From positions 3,695 to 67,694 of the forward strand of contig CAYVZU010000004.1 of assembly GCA_964455935.1 (NCBI GenBank): a stretch of 64,000 nt of DNA. Reading direction: 5' to 3'. This DNA comes from an uncultured Fibrobacterota bacterium (GTDB taxonomy: Bacteria; Fibrobacterota; CAYVZU01). A program made the translations under genes and the position numbers. Below the pieces are notes generated by a model. It was not told the origin of the DNA and made no database searches. It saw only the letters and a program-made list of their open reading frames with translations. Every line of letters starts with the position of its first letter. Positions within the stretch are counted from its first letter, which is position 1. Positions 50,921 through 59,709 of the stretch are shown here, in pieces.

Positions 50921-51211
50921 ATTCAGGAGATCCCTTTTGATTGATGAAAAGTAAAGTATTAGATTGGGGCGCGTATTTTCAATCACGCCGGCAGAATGGA
51001 TATTTGATCAACTGGTAAAATTTGTTGCCGCACAAGTTCGGGCTTGCTGTGTAGATTGGAGGAAAATACGCTTTGAAACCCTCACAAGCGATATGGGCAA
51101 ATCGCGGTCCGGCCCTTTGCAGCAAATGGCCTCTTAACCAAATGGGTTCGCGAAGGCGGAATAAAACAGAAGGGAAAAAGCCACTGGGCAATTATTGCCA
51201 ACGATGCATTT

Positions 51212-52738
51212 TCATTTCAATTGCAGATAAAATATTCCTGAAAGCGCACTAGGTAAAAGTACTGTTTGCATGCCGCTGCTTCCGGTTTTGCGCCGGTATT
51301 GCCAAACTTTTTTGCCCGAAACATCATAGACGGTCATTTTGGCATAACCATCATCCAGCTCCATTGCATTCTCTCTGCCTCCCACCGCCAATATCCATTG
51401 GCCTACCATTCCATGCGTAATTTTGCTTTGCGCGATTTTCGTAACAATCCCTGTAGATAGGGTCGTTGCGGATGCTTCGTTCGAATAGCCCGATGCCCCC
51501 AAATCACCAAGCGCATATACCCTGTAGTAAAACGTATGCGATGCTCCCAATCCCGTGCTGCTGAATGTTGTAACATTGGGTCCCACGCTGCCGCATTGGG
51601 CCCAAGTGGAGGTTGGATTAATTTTTCTTTCAATTACAAAACCTGTTTCGTTATTGGAGCTTTCGGTCCATGTTAAATTAATTTGCACGGAAGAAACGGC
51701 AATGGCGTTCAGGTTGGATGGCGTTGAAGGAATTGTATCGCCCTGCCCCGCTCCAAACACCGGATAGCCTACTGCATTGGTTGCGCCGCTGGCGTCAACC
51801 ACATATAAGAAAAGCTTATCGGATGTACCGAACGTTCCCCTGTTAATTTTGCAAACCGCGCGGCTGCCGGCCCATTCGCTTGGGATTTGAATTTCTCTTT
51901 TTGTGCATGACAACCATGACGCCTTATTGCCAAGTTCAACCCGGGCCAATGTATTATCGATATAAACATCGCCTATGTAAATAGTACGAGTTCCGCTTTC
52001 GTTATAATAAGGTAGAAAAACTTGGTTATAAACGGTAGAAGATGCGCCATCGGCCAAAGTTTTTACTGCGGTATTATAAAAAAGCCGCACTGCGTTGCGC
52101 CAAGCGCCCACGGTGCCATTTGCCACATTTTTCGTTCCGATTGTCGACCACAAATCATCTCGCGTCCACTGTCCTTCGGGCGCGCCATTGGCCATATTTA
52201 GAAGGTTTGTTTCCACTGAACCGGCAATAACGTACCAATAGTTCGGGTTGAAAGCGGTTAGGCCCGCAAGAGGAAAACTATGAACATCGTTATCGCTGCC
52301 AATTCTTCCCATTTTGGTATGGTCGCCTGTCCCGCCCGGAACAACATAGTAATGATAGGATAAAAAAATCTTTGTTTGATTTCCCAAAACCCCTAATGTC
52401 GTTCTAGTATGGCACGCAGCATTCGTTTTTAATACCTGCGCCGCCGATAATGCGTTTTGGCCATAATGCATTGCATTGGAATAAGTCCCAGCACAGGCGC
52501 TTTCCACGGTCCAGGGAGACCCCGTGCCGCTGCTTAAGGGTTGTCCGGATGTGCCGCGAGAAAAGTCATCCCATAACAGGGGAGCCGCTGGGGTTTTAAT
52601 GCCGAAATTGGATCCTGTGATGGTAATGAACTGAGTGTTCATAATGGCGCCCGTTATATTTGGAACGGCTGCAGCCATTTGGACCGAAAAGGCAGACATC
52701 ATTGCGGCAAGAAGCGAAATAGAGCTAATGAGTTTCAT
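51212..52738 (-). CDS. Secreted protein: IPT/TIG-like N-terminal domain, jelly-roll (ConA/glycanase-like) central domain, FN3 domain, T9SS-type C-terminal domain (paralog 1)
   Basis: It has a signal peptide (MKLISSISLLAAMMSAFSV) and the segments ITITGSNFG, DHTKMGRIGSDNDVH and TRTIYIGDVYIDNTLARVEL. An FN3 domain (NLTWTESSNNETGFVIER) follows. The C-terminus (KVWQYRRKTGSSGMQTVLLPSALSGIFYLQLK) is T9SS-like. Confidence 0.5.
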   Translation of the reverse strand: MKLISSISLLAAMMSAFSVQMAAAVPNITGAIMNTQFITITGSNFGIKTPAAPLLWDDFSRGTSGQPLSSGTGSPWTVESACAGTYSNAMHYGQNALSAAQVLKTNAACHTRTTLGVLGNQTKIFLSYHYYVVPGGTGDHTKMGRIGSDNDVHSFPLAGLTAFNPNYWYVIAGSVETNLLNMANGAPEGQWTRDDLWSTIGTKNVANGTVGAWRNAVRLFYNTAVKTLADGASSTVYNQVFLPYYNESGTRTIYIGDVYIDNTLARVELGNKASWLSCTKREIQIPSEWAGSRAVCKINRGTFGTSDKLFLYVVDASGATNAVGYPVFGAGQGDTIPSTPSNLNAIAVSSVQINLTWTESSNNETGFVIERKINPTSTWAQCGSVGPNVTTFSSTGLGASHTFYYRVYALGDLGASGYSNEASATTLSTGIVTKIAQSKITHGMVGQWILAVGGRENAMELDDGYAKMTVYDVSGKKVWQYRRKTGSSGMQTVLLPSALSGIFYLQLK

Positions 52739-52758
52739 AATTGATTTTCCTACCTGTT

Positions 52759-55092
52759 TTAATCGAGGCTTAGCATTCGTTTGGCCCAATGCGATTTTCC
52801 GCCATGAATTCGGCAAATGTAGCTCCCTTTGGCAAGTGAAATGCCATGATTATCTTTCCCATCCCATATAATATCATGGGTGCCTGGCTTTTGGCGTCCC
52901 GCATTCAATGTCCGCAACGTCTTGCCCGAAGCGTTCATGATGCTGATGCGGATGTCACCTTCCGCGGCCAGGGTATAGGTTATTTTATTTCTCGCAAAAG
53001 ACGGGTGTGCAAAAACAATGGTATCCCTTGTTTTTTCGTTATGTGGCATGCTGGGGACCTCCACTACCGATTTGGACATGATTAACTGATTCGGAGTTCC
53101 CGTCGCCGCAAAGGCTGTGCGTGTCCATGCGAACTTGGTTGTGTCGCTGGAGGCAATCACGCATGTCCGAGGCGCCAGCAAACCCGCGACCTGCGGGATG
53201 TCGCAATATTTCAACACGCTCATTAAAACGGGCGCCCTGGTTTTTTCCTCCGCATAAATATGACTATATGGAACGTTGCTCAGGTATACACCTTTTATAT
53301 CCATTTCGTTTAATGCGGCCACATATAACGAAATCACCGCGCCTTTGCCTGATCCGCAAATTCGTATTTCCGATGCATTTATTCTTTCATCCGCTTTCAG
53401 CACTTCCACGGCTCTAAGCAAATCCACCGCACCCATGGCTACCGGTGAGCGGCCAATGCAATTCGCCGAACGCAAGGTGTACCATTCCTCGGTCTGCGAG
53501 CCCGCGGATCGCAATGTATCGCTGATGGCTCCACGCTGTTTTACCTCCAATACTGCAATCCCGCTTGCGATGAATTGAGAGAGAGTTGCTTCCATTTGCA
53601 TATTCACAGTTGCCAGTTCATCTATTGCATAGATATATACGGGGTACGGTGCTGTTCCTACTTTAGGTATGCGCAAACGCGCAAAGCCCCGGTAATTTGC
53701 TTCGCACTGGTACGTTAATCCTTCCCGTGTATAGGTTCCCTGATCCGAAGCCGCTTCGGTTTGTATTACCTGCAAAGCGCGGGACGAAAAGCCGGCATCG
53801 GTAAAATGGTAAAAACAATATTGCTTTAGATTATTTACCACGCTTTTCTTATAGGCAGCCAAATCGGAAGCGCTGGACAATATGGGCGCAACGGTCACAG
53901 GATTAAATTCGGTCTCAAGGAAGGCATTGCGCTGATCGGCCGGAAACCCAGCGGGGAAACAAACGAGTTGCGATGAAGTAAAAAGACTTTCCGGCATGAC
54001 GGGCGTAAGTTGGCTATTATCATTTTTAAAATTCCAATTAAACCATTCATATTGATCCGCTAGCATTTCGGGTGTTTCGCAATGGGGAACCGCATATTCT
54101 TTGGGCGCTAAATTCTGCGAAGCGCCGCAAAGAGAATAAATTCTTGTGTATCCTGCGGTAAATTCCTCATAGCCTGTTTTGGGGTAATACATGTCCTGGG
54201 TGCCATTTTGGTACATGACCGGTCTTGGAGCAATACAGCCAAACGCTTCTTGCATGGATAATTTAAAGATATCCGGAAAATAATCGCAGTCACAATCTTC
54301 GTTTATCGTCTGCTCATTTATCAGTTGATGCTGCGAACATGTGCCGCAGGTGGGGGCGGCGCAGGCAACTCGGTCATCCACCGCCGGCAGGAACCAACTC
54401 ATGCGGCCGCCGCCGCTTATGCCTGCTACGCCAAGTTTTGTTGTATCCACTTCGGGTCTGGTGCAAAGATAATCGAGCGCACGAATGGCATTCCATGTTT
54501 CGGGCCCGGCCGGGGTGAAGCCTCGAGAATACAAATCGAATTTGCCGTAATTATACACGCCATGGTGCAGGTCGACCCCAAATTCGTTGCTGTATAGATT
54601 GTCCATAACAAGGCATACATAGCCGTGCCGCGCAAACCAGATACCGTGGTGCTGGTATTTGATTTTGGATCCACCGGCGCGCGGAGTATGGCCGCACACA
54701 TAGAGTATTGTCGGCACTTGTGCCGTAAGATTGCGCGGTACGAATAAATTGCCGGTGATATAAACCTTGGGCTTCGATTCAAACACCAGCTTCTCTACGA
54801 TAAATGGATATGCGGCATTATCGATTGTCCCTGTTATCTGAGCATTTAACGGCGTCCTTGCGGGCATTGGGTCCAGTCCCAGCATATATTTCAGCTTCCG
54901 CTGCATGTCGGAACGCTGGGCCTGCCATTGTGCCAGCGTGGCGCATTGCGAAAAGCTATTTGCCGACATGGCATTTGATTCGGCCTTCAAATAATCTACA
55001 ATGTCAGGATATTTTACAATGGGTACTGCCATCGCATTGGTCTCCAAACAAAGAGCTGCATAAGTAAAAACATAAAGAAATTGGATTCGCAT
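52759..55092 (-). CDS. Secreted tandem alpha/beta-hydrolase (acetyl-xylan-esterase/glucuronoyl-esterase-like) with T9SS-type C-terminal domain
   Basis: A 777-aa protein with a signal peptide. It has two esterase-like modules, with GISGGG (GxSxG) in the first. The C-terminus (GSYICRIHGGKSHWAKRMLSLD) is T9SS-like. Confidence 0.55.
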   Translation of the reverse strand: MRIQFLYVFTYAALCLETNAMAVPIVKYPDIVDYLKAESNAMSANSFSQCATLAQWQAQRSDMQRKLKYMLGLDPMPARTPLNAQITGTIDNAAYPFIVEKLVFESKPKVYITGNLFVPRNLTAQVPTILYVCGHTPRAGGSKIKYQHHGIWFARHGYVCLVMDNLYSNEFGVDLHHGVYNYGKFDLYSRGFTPAGPETWNAIRALDYLCTRPEVDTTKLGVAGISGGGRMSWFLPAVDDRVACAAPTCGTCSQHQLINEQTINEDCDCDYFPDIFKLSMQEAFGCIAPRPVMYQNGTQDMYYPKTGYEEFTAGYTRIYSLCGASQNLAPKEYAVPHCETPEMLADQYEWFNWNFKNDNSQLTPVMPESLFTSSQLVCFPAGFPADQRNAFLETEFNPVTVAPILSSASDLAAYKKSVVNNLKQYCFYHFTDAGFSSRALQVIQTEAASDQGTYTREGLTYQCEANYRGFARLRIPKVGTAPYPVYIYAIDELATVNMQMEATLSQFIASGIAVLEVKQRGAISDTLRSAGSQTEEWYTLRSANCIGRSPVAMGAVDLLRAVEVLKADERINASEIRICGSGKGAVISLYVAALNEMDIKGVYLSNVPYSHIYAEEKTRAPVLMSVLKYCDIPQVAGLLAPRTCVIASSDTTKFAWTRTAFAATGTPNQLIMSKSVVEVPSMPHNEKTRDTIVFAHPSFARNKITYTLAAEGDIRISIMNASGKTLRTLNAGRQKPGTHDIIWDGKDNHGISLAKGSYICRIHGGKSHWAKRMLSLD

Positions 55093-55319
55093 CGCCCTAA
55101 TACACTCATGTGTTGTGCATTATTAATTTTGACACTAACCCCGGTCTATTCACAAACAATTCTACTGCCGGTCCACAATTATCCACCATCTACGCCCGTT
55201 TTCGGTCAGCGCATCCTCGACGTACTTTTCAAGTACGCCTCCGGGTTCCCGGACCTTCAATTGGCCATATCTGAAGGGCACTTGCGGACCTCGCTGCGAA
55301 AGTTTATGAATGGATCGGG

Positions 55320-56612
55320 TTACCGCATCACGGAAAAGCTTTTTGCAATTTTATGCCTGTTTTGCTCCAGCACAGCCAGCCGTATTCCGGTCGAAACCGC
55401 TGCAATTCTAATGGTGTTATATCCTGCCGCTGCAGCCCTGCCGACATACTGGAATATCTTCTCGCCCGTAACGTTAAAAATGGATACTGAGAAATTCCCC
55501 TGCTCCGGAAGATAAAGGCTGAAATCGGCTCCGTGTTCAGAAACACCTTTGCATGAAATTGCGAGCAGGCTGGATGAGCCAGCGTGATATGCGGGTGCGG
55601 TAATTCCAGTGGTATATGTGGCCCCTGTTGCGTTTGCCGCCCCGCTGGCATCCACCACATATATGTATGGTTTGCTGGAAGCGTTTCCGGTATTGGCTTT
55701 GCATACTATCCGGCCGTTGGCCCATTCGGTGGGGGCCTGAATATCGCACTTTCCGCGATTTGCCCAAGTGGAACCGGGGCATAGCTCTACGCGGGCAAGC
55801 GTATTATCGATGTATACGTCATCAACATAAATTGTTCTGGTGCCATCTTCGGCGTAATAAGGAAGGAAAAATTGGTTATATGGTTGCCTTAAATTGTTAT
55901 TATTTATCGTTGTGCTGAAATATTTTTGAGCACCATCACGCCATACACCCACTGCTCCGTTGGCTTGGCCGGTAGCGCCCTGCATGGTCCACAGGTCGTC
56001 CCGCACCCATGCATCTACAACATCCGGAACCTCCTGCCATAGGACTTTCTCACCATACCGGTCGGAAAATGCATAATAATAGCAAGGGCCAAACGCCGTA
56101 TAGCCCATACTAGGCCAGCAGTGGACATCATTATTACAGCCAATTCGGCCCATTTTGACATGATCCCCAGCGCCACCGCCAAGGGCATAAAATCTATAGG
56201 ATGCAAATATCTGGTTTTGGCTTCCCAGTATTCCGCTACGGGTACGGGACCAGCAGGGAGCACCCGTCAGTAGCAATTGTTTGGCCGATTTGGTTCCGGA
56301 ATAGGCCTTATCGGTGGAAAATATTTCGGTCTCTTTGCTACCTCTTGTACATTCAATCTGGGTCTCCCATACATTGCTGGTGCTAAGAAGCGTGCCGGCC
56401 GTACCGCCTTCAAAATTCTCCCACACCAATGGTGCGGCAGGTGATTTTGTTCCAAACCCGGCGCCCAAGATGGTAATTGTCTGATTGGCGAAAGAGACGC
56501 CACCGATAACTGGGGCTGCAATGGAAATTTGAAACGTAATCCCTAATAATAATCCAATAAGAACGAATAGCTCAATGAATCCAACGCCTAAAAGCTTCTT
56601 TGCTATTTCCAT
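55320..56612 (-). CDS. Secreted protein, paralog 2 of 51212-52738 (IPT/TIG-like plus jelly-roll domain plus T9SS-type C-terminus)
   Basis: It shares ITILGAGFG, DHVKMGRIGCNNDVH and TRTIYVDDVYIDNTLARVEL with paralog 1 and lacks the FN3 domain. The C-terminus (IFNVTGEKIFQY...GYNTIRI) is T9SS-like. Confidence 0.5.
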   Translation of the reverse strand: MEIAKKLLGVGFIELFVLIGLLLGITFQISIAAPVIGGVSFANQTITILGAGFGTKSPAAPLVWENFEGGTAGTLLSTSNVWETQIECTRGSKETEIFSTDKAYSGTKSAKQLLLTGAPCWSRTRSGILGSQNQIFASYRFYALGGGAGDHVKMGRIGCNNDVHCWPSMGYTAFGPCYYYAFSDRYGEKVLWQEVPDVVDAWVRDDLWTMQGATGQANGAVGVWRDGAQKYFSTTINNNNLRQPYNQFFLPYYAEDGTRTIYVDDVYIDNTLARVELCPGSTWANRGKCDIQAPTEWANGRIVCKANTGNASSKPYIYVVDASGAANATGATYTTGITAPAYHAGSSSLLAISCKGVSEHGADFSLYLPEQGNFSVSIFNVTGEKIFQYVGRAAAAGYNTIRIAAVSTGIRLAVLEQNRHKIAKSFSVMR

Positions 56613-56761
56613 GCAAGGCCCCTTTTCGAGTTAACCGATTTAAATTCAGTCCTCACATTTTCAAACCGTCGACTGGTAACTCCACGGTTGAAAATATACC
56701 GGCTCCAAGGTTATATTGCTATACAAAAATGATGTTTTGATTATACAAATTCCAAAGCCCA

Positions 56762-59035
56762 ATGAATCAAAGCCATTACCATCTTTTGGTAAGCAAAGCG
56801 ATCGCTACTATAAGGGCAAATATCGCAGGTCCTGTTTCGGTTTCCCAAATTGCCAAGCAACTTCATTATTCAGAAGTCCAATTTCGCACTATTTTCAAAA
56901 AAACAACAGGCGAAGGAATTTTGGAGCATATTCTCCGCTTGCGGCTCGACAAGGCTAAAGAGCTCTTGCGCAATACTGATTTGGCCATCACAGATATTGC
57001 AATGGATGTTGGTTTTGGAAGCCACACGCATTTTACGCGAACGTTCAGTAAAAGGGCGGGACTCACGCCTTCCGCATTTCGGATCTTGTCGCGCAAGCAA
57101 ATGGGGGCGGAGCTTGATACGAACAAAAACGGAAAGCAGAATAGCCGGATAATATCCAACATTCCGGCCGAGATGGAGCTGGGGCGTCTATGGCAGCCGC
57201 TTTGCGGGACATGGATCCATAAGGAGGGGATTGTTTGGGGAACTGCGGAAGAAGATACGGTCTTGCGCTACGCACGCCGGCTCCCCGAAAATTTCGCCAT
57301 TCAGCTCGAACTGCGATTTACTCCAACAAAAGAATTGGGCCAAACGGAATTCCATCTTCGGCTGGAAGATAACGAAAACCAACAAACGTATTGCCTGTTC
57401 AAACTGGGAATCAATGATAATACATCTGGAACATTGGCCCGCACAGGTCTTGCAATGCAGGGGAACTTCGGCGCCGTTTTCAAGCCAAACCATTGGCAGA
57501 AGGTGCGCGTGGAATTGAAAGACGACCATTTGCAGCTCCGCTTGGATGATGAAATGCTGTTCCGATTCCGAGATCCATTCCCGGCTCCGTATTTGGGCCG
57601 CTGTAAATTGTCGTTTGGAAGCTGGCGCAGCAATATTCAAATCCGCAACATTTCGATTGAGGATTTGGGTTTCCTTCCGCTTATACGCACAGTGCGGCAG
57701 GGAGATTCGCTTTTTAATTTGCAGCTATATGATCAGGCCAGAGACTTCTATATGCGGCTTCTGGAATCGGACGTGTCTTTTGCCGACCAAATGGAATTGC
57801 ATTATAAGATTGCCATGTGCTATGTCCGCCAGGGCCTTTATGCCGAAGCCCGTCCCAGGCTCTTGAAGGTTGCGACCCTACCTCTGCGCGACTTCTGGGG
57901 GCAGCATGCGCGATTGGCCCTTTTGGAGGTCGGTTGGAAAGAAGGAAGGCATGAGAATTTGGTCCTGGAAATGAAGCAGCTCTTCGGCCACAAACCGCTT
58001 TGCGACGGCATCCGCCAAATGGCCAAGGAGGCAGCAGACCAATACAATTTAAACGGTTTTTACACGCGAGCGTTGAAGCTGCAGCAAATGCTCAGCGAGG
58101 TGGAGAATAAGAGCGTACTATGTCGCCAAAATCATCTGGATCTGGCCGAGGCTCTAATCACGCTGAACCATTTTGAGCAGGCGGAAAAAGAGCTATTGCG
58201 CCTGGCCGAATCGACGGCTGGACTTAACCAGATCCATACCTATACCCTTCTAACCCTTGCAGACGTTCAGCTTTATCAGGGAAAAACCAGCGAGTGCATG
58301 CAAACACTGGAGCTTGCGCGCAGCAGAACGCAAAATCAAACAATGCTGGCGCATTGTGATATTCATTTTGCCGGGGTACTGCGCTCGCAAGAGCGTATGC
58401 CTGAATCCATAGCACTTCTGGAGGACGTTCCGCGAAAATACCCAAATGTGGGCCGGCTGGCCCAATACGCAGAGCTTATGGCTTCACTCACATGGTGCGC
58501 CTTGGAAAATTGCGACGAAGCACTTAGGATATTGGAGCGAATTAAACAAAAATCACCGGATCATCCCAACCTTGCGGCCGGAAGCGGAAGCAAGTTTCTT
58601 TTCGTCCCTCATCTTGTGAAAGGCGATTTTCTTCAAGCCGCAGAAATAATCCACCGCGATGCGCAACATAACGATGATCGGGCGGCCCTTCATGCTCTGC
58701 AGGCGATCCGGGCAGGCATAGTATTCGAACTTGCCGGAAACGTGAAGGCCGCAAGAAAAATCTGGTCCAATGTTACGCGGCGCTATCCTTCCTCTGCAGT
58801 TCCATTTCTCGGCATGCTCGCGCATAATCTGCTTGGTGGTAGCGTGGACCAATTGGAGTCCATGCCCTATCCGATGTTCAACCGTTCCGAGATATTTTAT
58901 CTTGTCGCGCTGCTCGAAGAAAAGCGGGGCGAAAAGAGCGCCGCGGATCTTTTGGAGATGAGCTGGAAAGAAGACCGCTCACTAATATGGCCAGCATACT
59001 TGGCCAAACAAAGGCTGCAAAAACTCCGACCGTGA
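56762..59035 (+). CDS. Transcriptional regulator with N-terminal AraC-type HTH and about 650-aa C-terminal helical-repeat (TPR-like) domain
   Basis: Residues 1-110 (IAKQLHYSEVQFRTIFKKTTG...DIAMDVGFGSHTHFTRTFSKRAGLTPSAFR) are a classic AraC HTH pair. It is unusually placed at the N-terminus. It is divergent from the secreted-protein block. Confidence 0.6.
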   Translation: MNQSHYHLLVSKAIATIRANIAGPVSVSQIAKQLHYSEVQFRTIFKKTTGEGILEHILRLRLDKAKELLRNTDLAITDIAMDVGFGSHTHFTRTFSKRAGLTPSAFRILSRKQMGAELDTNKNGKQNSRIISNIPAEMELGRLWQPLCGTWIHKEGIVWGTAEEDTVLRYARRLPENFAIQLELRFTPTKELGQTEFHLRLEDNENQQTYCLFKLGINDNTSGTLARTGLAMQGNFGAVFKPNHWQKVRVELKDDHLQLRLDDEMLFRFRDPFPAPYLGRCKLSFGSWRSNIQIRNISIEDLGFLPLIRTVRQGDSLFNLQLYDQARDFYMRLLESDVSFADQMELHYKIAMCYVRQGLYAEARPRLLKVATLPLRDFWGQHARLALLEVGWKEGRHENLVLEMKQLFGHKPLCDGIRQMAKEAADQYNLNGFYTRALKLQQMLSEVENKSVLCRQNHLDLAEALITLNHFEQAEKELLRLAESTAGLNQIHTYTLLTLADVQLYQGKTSECMQTLELARSRTQNQTMLAHCDIHFAGVLRSQERMPESIALLEDVPRKYPNVGRLAQYAELMASLTWCALENCDEALRILERIKQKSPDHPNLAAGSGSKFLFVPHLVKGDFLQAAEIIHRDAQHNDDRAALHALQAIRAGIVFELAGNVKAARKIWSNVTRRYPSSAVPFLGMLAHNLLGGSVDQLESMPYPMFNRSEIFYLVALLEEKRGEKSAADLLEMSWKEDRSLIWPAYLAKQRLQKLRP

Positions 59036-59709
59036 CAACGATTTTGTTTCTTCGTTCAGACCCGTTGCCAGGCCACGGTTTTGGAATTATGGATCCGTTA
59101 CGGTGCCCGTGTTTTTTTGGCCGCTTTGCCCTGGCGACCAATGGATTCATATGGCACGCACTTGGGCGTGTTCGGAGATTTAGGAGCATTTCCGAAGTAG
59201 CATAGGCTTTGGCCTGTGCTGCGTCAGAAAGTTCTTCCCGAGATGCGCTCCAAGAAATAATTGGAAAAATCCGTTCCCAGCGCGCTGAGTTTTGGTCGGG
59301 CCACCCCTTCCGCAACACCCCAATTATCCACCACCGGATCGAACAGCATGGCTTGAAGCGCGATGTCGTCCGTGCAAACCTTGGAATTCACGTCCGAATA
59401 CGAGAAATAGGGCCTATTTTTGCAATTCCTCTTTGCCGTAAATTGCGCAATACCATTGGTGCGTGCTCCATTGATGGGGGGAACGTGATATTGAGCATCG
59501 GCCTCTTTGGAAGCCAAGGTTTGAATGGAAATGGGGAGTACGAATCAATGACTTCATTTCGGCCGATTCCGCTGTCTAGTATATTAGTGTTTTACTATGA
59601 CAGGAGATGCCGGTTTGGCGCCGGTCAGGGCCAAATTGCGTTTATTAAGTGCGCAATCAAACCGACGAGGGCGCGCGATTGGCATGCGTCCGCGGACACA
59701 ATTGATTTT

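Noticed and set aside
59224-59517. 97-aa minus-strand ORF upstream of mfd
   Set aside because: It has no recognisable motif and overlaps an equally plausible plus-strand frame, so it is left uncalled.
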